53,124 bases of DNA from Thelocarpon superellum (Eukaryota). Shown piece by piece: positions 13,077 to 22,881 of this stretch (positions are counted from its first letter, which is position 1; every line of letters begins with the position of its first letter). Below the pieces are notes generated by a model that worked only from the letters and a program-made list of their open reading frames with translations, ran no database searches and was not told where the DNA came from. The DNA is taken from positions 1-53,124 of the forward strand of contig JAPEUG010000082.1 of assembly GCA_026025795.1 (NCBI GenBank), in the 5' to 3' direction. Both the position numbers and the translations under genes were made by a program.

Positions 13077-13395
13077 GCACTCTGTTCTAGGAGCGCACAC
13101 AGCTATTCACCTACTGCTATTGAACTGGTTGGCCCTGTGGGGTGGTTGTCAATAGCGCTGTAGGGCTAGGGCAATGTGTTGTTGTCATGTTGTGGTGAAT
13201 TGCTGCTAATTCACACATTGTTGATATTTGTTGTGGGTCTGTCAACACTCTGCTTCTTCTGCAGCTTCTTCATCAACTAGGATCTTGATCTGCAATTGTT
13301 GCAGCTTCTTTGTTCAAGGATATCCTGTGTCTGTTCTGCTCCTGTTCTACTCCATTGATCCACTTCCACCTCTCCAGCTTTTGCCAAACCTCACA

Positions 13396-14335
13396 ATGTC
13401 TGCTATGTTGCCTGAGCAGGTGGCCATGCCTGGCCTACCTCCTGTGTTAGATTGGAGCACCTGTCAACACTGCATCAAGTGGATCAGCCACAACCACAGC
13501 CATAGGTGCTATAAGCCTAATCTGTATAGGAAGTGCAATAGGTGCTGAAGCACTAGGCACCCCTGCCTCTTAGTATGTCAATTGCTCTGCTGTGTAGCTG
13601 CACTGATTCATTGTCATTGACTAGATCCCCACAAAGTTTGTAGGACATGTGAACACCATCTTCTGGCTGCAAGAGCAGTACATGAACTTGCTCCATCATC
13701 CTCCTACCAACACCATCACAGTGGAAACACAGCTGGAGACCTATAGGTCTAGCCTGCTGCTCCACATCTCGAAGTTCCATTCTGCTGTTGAATTCAACAA
13801 GCATGGACAGTGTGACAGCAGTGCTCTTCTTGCTGCAACTGAGCACTTGAACTTCCTCCTGATAGAGATCCTGAACCAGCTGCGCTACTTGGTAGGTGTC
13901 TGTGTTGTCTCTGCTGCTTGCTGGGTGTCGCTCACATTGCAGTAGAATCGATTCCCTGCAGTCTGCCCATTTAGTCCTGACAAGGACCCAGACCTTCTGG
14001 ACAAACCACTTGAGGGTAAGGCCACTCCTCAAGTGTGTGGTTTCACAATTGGCAGAGTCAACCCTAGCACAAACCCCAGCTCTCAATCTGCTAGGTGTTG
14101 TGGATGTGGATGTGGATCGACCCAAGACACTCCATTGTCTCCATCGTCTACTACCTCAACCCCAAGCCAAGGTCCTTCAGGGGGGACAACAACCTCAGAA
14201 CCATCCCCAAGCGCCAGCTGCCAGGCCTTGTGGTCTGCAACTCCTCACACCCTGCATAGCCAAACAGTGTCCAGCGCTTCCCACATGGCTCTTGACAGAG
14301 CTGAGGCCTCCTGTCGTCCTCTGGCCAACAACTAG
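13396..14335 (+). pseudogene. Antisense, spliced accessory gene inside the retrotransposon; N-terminal Zn-cluster-like C-x2-C-x11-C-x8-C-x2-C-x6-C motif
   Basis: CACAATG start. Putative introns GTATGT..CTAG 13573-13624 and GTAGGT..CTCAC..TAG 13892-13945 join ORFs 13228-13548, 13649-13945 and 14033-14335 in frame. One TGA (13546-13548) is explicable as CGA>TGA. The 3' end is uncertain. Confidence 0.65.
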
Positions 14336-14499
14336 CTGCTTGTTGGTTACACCTTGCAGGTCCTTTCCTGTTGAGGTGATCTTTGTATCTCTTGCTGTGT
14401 GGTTGGGCCCTGGGCCCCCAGCCACTAGGAGCTAAGCCCACATGCCACTGGCTTCCTAGGTTGCTGCGCCTTCCCTGCAGAGGGACTGAATCCATTCTT

Positions 14500-17400
14500 A
14501 ATCAACTACCTAGCATTGTGCCTGTGATTGTCTTGTAGGAGCTGTAGGACACTCATGTTAACATTGTTTGAACTTGTTGAGTAGGTCTTGTGAGTGTAGC
14601 AGGTCTTCCTCAGGCACCCAGGAGTTGTGAGCCTCTGAGTAGCCTTTCCATTGTATGAGGTAGAGCTGCTTCCTATACTGCTTGCATTCTGCTAGTATAG
14701 ACTCTATTTCCCATTTGTCTTCACCATTGATCTAGATGGGGCCTGGTTGCTCCTCATCGCTGTTGTCTCTCTGCCTGTGGGGTTCCAACAGGGAGATGTG
14801 GAACACAGGGTGTATCTTGCCCAGCTTGCTCCCTAGGTCCAATCAGTAGGCCTGCCTGCCTACTGCTTCCAATATGTGGAATGGGCCATGGTATTTTGTG
14901 TCAAGCTTCTTGCTTAGTCTTGTAGAGTGGATGTTGCATGCTGATAGCCACACCTGCTGTCTGACTGTGTATGTCATTTGCTTTGTCTTGCAATTGTAGT
15001 ATCTGGCCTGTGTTTTCTAGGCTTCCTAGAGCTGCTGCACAAGTTCTCCTTGTAGCTCTTGTAGGTGGCTAACCCTCTGTGTAACATCTGGGACCTTGCA
15101 AGGGGGTGGATCCCTAGTCAGGTCAAGCACAGGGTTGTAGCTGTACATCACATAGAACAGTGATACTCCCAATGAGGTGTGGTGGCTGTTGTTGTAGGAG
15201 AATTCAGCTAGGGGTAGCCATTGGACCCAATTGTCTTAATGCTAGTTGATGTAGCTGTGAAGGTATTGCTTGAGTGTTTGGTTCTGTTGTTCCATCTGTC
15301 CATCTGTTTGTAGATGGAACACAGAGCTCAAGCAGCGCTTGATCCTTGTGTGGTAGCACAGCATAGACTAGAAGCTTGCTGTGAACACTGTGCCTCTGTC
15401 AGAGACTATGGAGCTTGGTAGCCCATATCTGCTAACAACCTGCTTGATGAAGACATCTGCCAGCTTGGGTGTGTCGATTGTCTTGCAAACTGCAATGTAG
15501 TGCACCATTTTGGTGAAGTGGTCCATGACAACTAAGATGGAGTTGTAGGCCTTCCTACTGCTACCACTTAGGGGTAGGTCAGTGACAAAATCCATGGTTA
15601 GGTCCTTCCATGGTTCCAATGGTGGAGGAAGCGATTGTAGCTCTCCATACTGCTTGTGCCTTGCTGGCTTCATTTGTCTGCACATGGTGCAGGTAAGGAC
15701 ATACTCCTCAATGTCCTAGGCCACAGTAGGCCAGCTGTACTTTTGCTGGACCAGCTCTGTAGTCCTGTGTACACCAAAGTGCCCTGCTAAAGGGTTGTTG
15801 TGGTGGGTTTGCATAACCTCCAAGCATCCTGCTCCCTGAGCAGGGACATACAGGCGCCCCTTGTGGAGCACAAGGCTGTCTGTGTCCTTGCTCCACACCA
15901 CTGTAGGGTTGTTGCATCCTTGTGTTGACATATCAGCATTGTCTTGTAGGAAGCCCTTCTGTGTTATATGTATAACATCAGGGTCTGCTTGCTGCAGTTC
16001 TGCGAGGACCTTGCAGAAATCGCTTGTAGCTTTGCTGTAAGCTGTCTCAGCATGTGATGCTGCAATCACTGTTTGTCACAGTGTAATGCACACATGGCTG
16101 CCACTGCTAACCATCAGGGCGAGCGCTGCTGCTCCACCTGGTTCACCTGTTGCATGGGGTTGGTCATGGCCAGCCATGGTATCAACAAACCACATGGGAG
16201 TTTCCTGCTCAGGGGCAGCAGCTTGCTTGTAGTCTGGACATCTCAATGGAGTGTTGGCTGGGTTCAATCTCCCTGGTCGATGTGTGATTCAGAAGTCATA
16301 TTTGGATAGGTCACTATACCACCTCTTGTGGTGTCCACTTAGTGTCTTAGCTGAGGTGAACATGCAGAGATTGTTGTGATCTGTCACCACCTCGATCTGG
16401 TGTGCTGCACCCTGGAGGTAGTGTCTCTACTGTGCAAATGCTGCAACAATTGCTAGCATCTCCAGGTTGCCTGTATTGTAGTTGTACTCAGTGTCTCTGA
16501 GCTTGTGCAAGTAGAACACAATGGGTTGCTATTGGTGGTGTAGCTTCTTGTCTTCCTGGTGCTGCTAGCACAGGATTCCTGAGATGCCTATCTGCAAGGT
16601 GTCTGTCTCAACCCATAGGGGGAGGCAGGGATCAAAGTGGCCTAAGACTAGTGCCTTGGTGAAGGTGTTGTGTAGTTGTTTGAAGGAGTAGTGAGCTTCC
16701 TGTGTCAACACCACAGGTGTGTTCAACTTCTTGCTTAGTGTCTTCACCAGCACATTGAGTGGCTGTGTGAGCTCTACAAAGCCCTTGATGAAGTGCTTGT
16801 AGAAGTTCACAAATCCAATGAATGATTAGATATCCCTTGTAGTCTTAGAAGCTGGCCATTCTACAACAGCTTCCACCTTACTAGGGTCCATATAGATCCC
16901 CTAAGGTGTGATGACATACCCTACAAAGGGGACTCTGTTGACATTGAACTAGCACTTTTCTAGCTTGAGAAATAGGCTAAGGTGTAGGAGGTGTTCAAGC
17001 ACCTTGCACATGTGCTGTGTGTGCTCAGCCTTGACTTTGCTGTATATGACAATGTCATCCAAGTATACTACACAGAAGTTGTCCAGGTATTCTGCTAGTC
17101 CTCTATTGATATAGCTCTGGAATGTAGCAGGGGCGTTGACAAGCCCAAATGGCATCACCCAGTATTCAAAGTGTCCATATCTTGTTTGGAAGGCTGTCTT
17201 CCACTCATCCCTGTCCTTGATGTGGATCAGGTTGTACACAGCATGTATGTCAAGCTTGGTGAACACCTTGCCCCACAAGAGTTGATCTAGCAACTTGCTG
17301 ATCAATGGCAGTAGGTGCTAGTTCTTCTTGGTGATCTTATTGAGACCCCTGTAGTCCACACAGAGTTGCAGTCCCCCACCTAGCTTAGGCACAAAGAGGA

Positions 17401-18190
17401 CAGGGGCTCCTGCTGGTGACTTGGAATGCTGGATGAACCCCTTTTCTAGGTTGGTTTCCACATAGTCCTTGAGGACACTCAGCTCTGTAGCTGATAGGTT
17501 GTAGAGGGGCCCCCATGGTGGCTCTCCCTCTGTGAGGTCAATGGCTATGTCATGTGGCCCATGTTGTGGTAGCTGGTTTGCTAGCTCCTCAGAGAAGACC
17601 TGCTCAAGGTCAGAGTATTCAGGTGGTATAGATTGACTAGTAGACACAGCTACTATAATGTAGTGCTCTTGTTGGTCATTGTCCTCATAGAACATGTAGA
17701 TTGCAAGGACACTGATGTGCTCCTGCTCTACTGCAGTAGCCAGCTCTCAGGCCTTCATGATTGTGACATTGTTGCACTGCTGCAGGATCTCGCCCCTGCA
17801 AGTCCATGTCTTTGTTGTCTAGCAGATGTCTAGGTTGTGCTTGTCAAGCCACAGGTAACCCAGAACCATCTTGTACTAGTTGAACAGTGTAGCCACAAAG
17901 GAGTCCCTTGAGTCTAGGACCTGCCCTTTGCTATCTCTGGCACAGCTAGTCAACTGCTTGACCCCATATGTAGGGATGTGATGTCCCCTGAATGCTATTA
18001 CCTGTGGGGCAGGCTTGTCACAGTCATGTAGCTGCAGCTCCTTAGCTAGCAGATGTGACACAAAGTTTTGTTCTGCTCTAGAATCGATCAGCGCTGTGGC
18101 TGTGACTGTCCTGTTGTCTTGCAGGATCTCAATCAGGACAACCAATTGTCTTGTGTCAGTCTCAGAATGGCGACTCAGTAGCACTGACAT
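14500..18190 (-). pseudogene. pol: pol pseudogene: protease, RT, RNase H, integrase, chromodomain
   Basis: ALIDSRAEQNFVS (protease). [44 protein letters not shown] (RT). LTMDFVTDLP, IVSDRGTVF (integrase). WEIESIL..YLIQWKGYSEAHNSWVPEEDL (chromodomain, ~14590-14720). Many in-frame stops; ends approximate. Confidence 0.93.
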
Positions 18191-18199
18191 GATGTCTAC

Positions 18200-19509
18200 T
18201 AAGCCCCTGCTTTTGGGTTGTGTGCTGGCTTCCCTTGCTTCTTGCCACAGCAGTCTTTCTCCTTATGGCCCTTGTAGCTGCACTAGTTGCATTCACCACT
18301 GAACCCCTTCAACATTGTATAGGTCAAACTGCTGCTATGGTCCTAGGGCTTAGTTGATGTGGATGAGGTGTTCAATGTTGACAGGGCAGACATGTGGTTC
18401 CACATACAGCTCCCTCCTGTCAACTGGTTTGGTAGGGATCAGCCTGACCATGACATCAATTGACTGCTTCTACACAGCTGTAGCACTGATCTGCAGCCCT
18501 GTTTGGGCCCTGAGCCTAGCCCTAGGGCCCTGCTTGCAGCCTGAGGGTTCAGGAGTTGCTAAACCTTAGACACCTCTACTATCAGGCTCTCTCAATCAGT
18601 GGGGTGTTTGTCCTTAGCATCAAGTTCTTGTTGTATCTCTGGTAACAAGCTGGCCTGTAGCACTCTGACACAAGCTGTGTTGTTGATAGGGTCCATGAGG
18701 TCCTCCAGTGATTCCAGGTAGGATACAAAGTGGAATAGGTCCTGTCCTGGCTTCTGCTTTGCTCCATAGTATGACTGTGCTGCACTGTCAGCTTGGGTGT
18801 TGCCAGGGTTGATCAAAAGTCAGAAAAAGTCTTTGACTTCCTTCTAGGTTGTTAGTGGTGTGGCCCCTACTTGCTTGTGTACAAACTGGTTGACCATGCC
18901 AGGCCCTAGCCAGTTGCTTGCAAGGGTAAGCTGGTCCTCATCTGTCTTATAGGTGTACAGCTTGGTTTGTAGAAGGTGTTTGACACAGTAGACCTAGTAT
19001 TGCCACTTGTTGTAGGTGCAACCATTGTAGTAGGGTGGATTACCCACATCCCTGTCCTTCTCCTCTCTGTGTCACTTCCATGTGGTGCCTGAGGATGCAG
19101 ATGAGTCAGGTGAATAGGGTTGTTGTTGGGGAGTGTTCCCAGCTGTCTGCTTAGGTGTGGTGTCAAGCTGTGTTTCTCTGGAGGTCTCATTAGCAGTTTC
19201 TCCAGGCATGGTGTCTGTCACACAGCTCTGCCACCTAGCAATCTCTTGCTCAAGTTTTCGAATATCAGCTTCCTCCTTGAGGACACACAGCTGTTCTTCA
19301 AGGGTCTGCTTGTGTTGTAGGTAGGATATTGTGGCTGTAGGTGGTGTAGGGGCTTCTGTGCTTGTTGAGGCCTGCTGGATCTTATAGTCTTGTTGGCTGT
19401 CTGCTAAGATCTTGGTGTTGGTGTTGATGTTGTCAATCCTGGTCTCAGTGTTAGGTCTGCTTGACCCCTGTGTGGCTCCTAGGTGGGATGTTGCTTGAGT
19501 CTCCACCAT
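18200..19509 (-). pseudogene. gag: gag pseudogene with CCHC zinc knuckle
   Basis: ATG at 19509. CN*CSYKGHKEKDC knuckle at ~18250-18291 (TAG probably from TGG). AKQKPGQDL..FVSYLESLE gag-like segment. Confidence 0.8.
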
Positions 19510-19554
19510 GGTGCCTGTCTGACTGGTTCTGGCTAGCACCCTGCTGGGTATCTG

Positions 19555-19563
19555 AGTGTTCAA
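19555..19563 (-). other. Putative self-priming primer-binding site
   Basis: Lies 3 nt inside the 5' LTR and is a perfect 9-nt complement of LTR 19679-19687. Confidence 0.6.
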
Positions 19564-19566
19564 AAC

Positions 19567-19823
19567 TGTGATGACAAAGGCCTACAGCTAGGCAGAAACA
19601 GTAGATGTAGTCAATGGAGTTGACCCTGTGGCTCCTAGGGCTCATAGACCTATAACTAGCCTCCTTGTGTTACTTGAGTTGAACACTGGGGCTCTGCTAG
19701 CTCACAGCAGGACTCGGTTTATATACAGCATGCCAGGTCACATGCTGTATCATGTGACCATCACATGGCCATCACATGATCACTCCTATCCTCGTGGCGA
19801 GGCGTGGAGCTCCCGGCCTCACA
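19567..19823 (-). repeat. 5' LTR (257 bp), minus-strand TATATAAA at ~19718-19725
   Basis: Direct repeat of 12804-13060. Confidence 0.95.
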
Positions 19824-20106
19824 CCGGCTGGGGTCGAGTATTCACGTAACCGCCGTCATGTGGAGCAACTGCACTAGTGGAACCACTAATTTTTCGACTT
19901 TACAACAATTTCAAGAATTATGAGTCTGCAAACGCCACAAGTCTCTAGTCTCTACAGGCAATACAGAGTTCGCAAATTGCCAGGACCGTTCCAGAGATCG
20001 AGAAGTCAGGTGTATGGGGGGGACACTCCGCTTCGGTGCCGGTTGAGATGCTGGAAGCCTCTTGGCTGGGGAGGATGTTACTCCACAGGAGCGAGTATTA
20101 CCGGGG

Positions 20107-20197
20107 TGTGGGAATCAGAGCTGAATTGCTCATCTACACATAGTCTGGGATAGTGATAGGCGTGGGCACGTGACCAGATCACGTGCGCGCTCCTACA
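20107..20197. mobile_element. 91-bp TG..CA repeat (mini solo-LTR/MITE-like) with double E-box hairpin
   Basis: TGTGGGA..TCCTACA termini with GGGG on both flanks. Inverted homolog at 52712-52810. Confidence 0.6.
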
Positions 20198-20297
20198 GGG
20201 GTATGCTTGTGTACTGTTCTCATGACTTCAGGGGTTTCTTTGAAAGCGTGTATGGTTGGCTCGCTCAGGGAGAGTGGAATATTCGAAAACTGTCTGG

Positions 20298-21181
20298 CTA
20301 ACGTGCTCGGGCTGGCACACACTGTGTTAACATTATATGACTTGCAGCCGGCCTGTCCTCCATCTCGACGAGCAGCTGCTCCTGTGGAGGTGAGAGATTG
20401 GGGAAGCGTTTTGCGAGGATGACGCGGTTCCAATACTCTCCCACCAGTCTCGTGAGGCAAGCCTCTTTTTCCTGTTCGGTGTGCGGGGTTGGAAACTCGC
20501 CCTGCAGCTCCTTGTTGGGGATATCCGTGATTTCCGTCATTGATCTCCCTGCGCACGCCACTGATTCAAACCGGCTGAAAGTCATCCAGACCTGGACGCA
20601 AAGGGATCCGAACATTTCTTCCGCCCGGTTTTAATCTTCAATTGAGACCGGCAGCGACTTGCAGTTCTGAGGCCGTAACAAACGCCAGTGGCCGTGTCCT
20701 CCTTCCATTCGAAGCGTCGGCGCAGCTCCATCTGCGTTTGCCATCTTCCTCTCCTCTTCGAGCTCGTCCTCGAGCTGCTCTACCTCCTTGTCTCTTTCCC
20801 TATCTTGCTTTATTCTCACGTCGACGTAGTCGTAACCTGGCGTGGCGGCCAGCCAGGCGATCGCCTTCAATTCTGCAATCTCCTACGACTGATTAGCGTG
20901 CACGAAGCCGACCGGGGTGATGGTAACGATACCTCGTCCTTCTTCTCCATTTCCTTTCGAAAGTCCTCATAAAATTGGCTGGTCTAGGCTGGTGACTCGT
21001 CAGCGAGCGCCGGATCCAACATGGCCCTGTTCGAAGAGAAGGAGGAGAGCACCTTCCACCGCCGCTGGTTGTCCCTTCTCAACATGTGCGTCTGGAACCA
21101 TCGGAAGATGCCAGGCAACGACATCCTCGTCGACTCATGTCTTCCATCCGGGATGCCGCCATCTGAGCCACACCGATCCAC
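20298..21181 (-). CDS. Hypothetical protein, possibly degenerate; exon structure uncertain
   Basis: Protein-like charged segments in ORFs 20298-20615, 20631-20870 and 20984-21181. A GTATCG..GCTAAT..TAG intron is visible at ~20932-20883. Confidence 0.35.
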
Positions 21182-22309
21182 GCTGCTACTTGGCTAGAAG
21201 ATGACGTGCTCCATATGGGTTGTGATGGACGATGCGTTGCAGAGACGGCACGATGGCAGCCTCTGTAGTCTTCTGGCGGTGAAGTGCAGTGGGAAAAGGC
21301 ATCTTATTGCAGCGAAGACCAACAGATAAACGTGGGGTGGTGGAGCCGCACCCTGAAGACTTCTGAAACACGCCATATAGCTGAACCGACGACCTGGCAT
21401 CACGACCGTCATGAGGTGCGTTGCTCTGGAGCTCCGTTTCCCTGCTGGCTCGATCTTCTGCCCTTCCCACCTTCGCAGGGGAGCTCTTTCCGGCCACCTG
21501 AGAGGAAGTCGGAGAAAGACGTAGCCGAAGACGCAAGCCCACTTTGGTGTCGGCGTGTATCGCGACCGCGGATGGCAGCGCCCGTTCGCCGCGTGCACAG
21601 CCTCGCCATGCCCTGATGCAGTGGACTGATTCATCAAAAAGGCACCGAAGTTCAAGCGTCCGCAAGATGGGAGCATGTACTGATGTGAGCCAGGACACTC
21701 CCATCTACGAAGGGGCATTCTTTCCGTGGCCGCACGTGCGGCACATCTCGGGCGAGGACGAGCCAGGTCCTCCTGGTGATCGTCATCTTTGGATGCGCTG
21801 CGCAAGTGCCCACGCAGAGCGTCGATTCCAGGGAGTGAATTCGCCCCCGCTTGTCGACATGCTTTCATCGGGGCAGCATTTCAATCTTTTGAGCTCTGCC
21901 TGCTGCAGCCCGATTTGAGCACGATGCTCACTCCTAACTTGTTGCCCGCCATGACCGATTGAAAGGAGACACGGTCTATTCTTTCCACTTCCGAGTCGAG
22001 GTGAGGCTCACATGGAGAGGTGTCATGTTCGACCTGGACCATTACGAGGAAAAGACACGGAAGCACTGTGGAAGTTCGGGATTGATCGAGCGCGTGATGC
22101 GAGCATAGACGGAGATAGATGTGCTGAGCTTTTGTCAATCGGATTTGCTGCTAGTCCCAATCAAACGCTGCCAACCCGCCTTCCAATAGATGCTGGCTGA
22201 TGTCGCAAGCGCGCAGATCGCCGACATCCATCCCGCTCAAACCGTGGGCGGTCAAACCTGACGCGGGCCTCTGTCCGCCCGAGCCGGACGCGAGGCCCCG
22301 AGTCCCCGC

Positions 22310-22534
22310 TCACGCGCGCGACGAACTCACGCCGATTCGCTCGTCCCGTGTCCGCACCACCCGGGCCTTCTCCCCGGGCAAGGGCTTCAGTTCGTCGTTA
22401 GGGTCGATCACCGTGGCCTGCTTCTCCTTGTGCGCCATTGCCTCAGGATCGGCCGAGGCGCGAGCCCGGCTGTCTTCAAAGGCCGCCACGTCTTCCGACG
22501 TCAGCGTGATGGCCGTCGGTTTTCGTCGGAGCAT
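22310..22534 (-). CDS. CDC26: Anaphase-promoting complex subunit Cdc26
   Basis: N-terminal MLRRKPTAITLTSEDVAAFED, C-terminal RTRDERIG. A terminal intron may move the stop to ~22254. Confidence 0.85.
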   Translation of the reverse strand: MLRRKPTAITLTSEDVAAFEDSRARASADPEAMAHKEKQATVIDPNDELKPLPGEKARVVRTRDERIGVSSSRA

Positions 22535-22881
22535 CTCGCGGGTCGGATGATCTGGTGGGGTGATGGCCACCGTTGGAGCTTCACGGAATCGACGGCCGGA
22601 CTGGAGAGGGGCGATCGCTGGTATGAAATCGGCACGGCGAGTCTTCTGAACGACGTGGTATGGTTGACGCCGGGAGTGGTACCACAACACGGGGTCCGTC
22701 TTCGGTCTGACTGGCACATCTAAGTGGCCAAACTCACCTGAATTTGTTCAGGTCTAGGTCATATAGCAATTACGTAAGCAAGTTTTTGTACGGGCCATGT
22801 CAAGATGATCAGCATATTCTGGAACAAGTAGCTCCAGTTGTGCCCTGGTTAGCTACATCAACAAATTCACGCCAATGCACT

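Larger units (their letters stand above)
12804..19823 (-). mobile_element. Full-length, inactivated Ty3/Gypsy chromovirus LTR retrotransposon (7020 bp)
   Basis: Two 257-bp LTRs with TGTGA..TCACA ends. 5-bp TSD CCGGC (12799-12803 and 19824-19828). Order gag-PR-RT-RH-IN-chromo on the minus strand. PPT adjacent to the 3' LTR. Confidence 0.97.

Noticed and set aside
15069..15076. CTAACCCT, similar to a telomerase template or telomere seed
   Set aside because: A single 8-mer inside integrase coding sequence, expected by chance.
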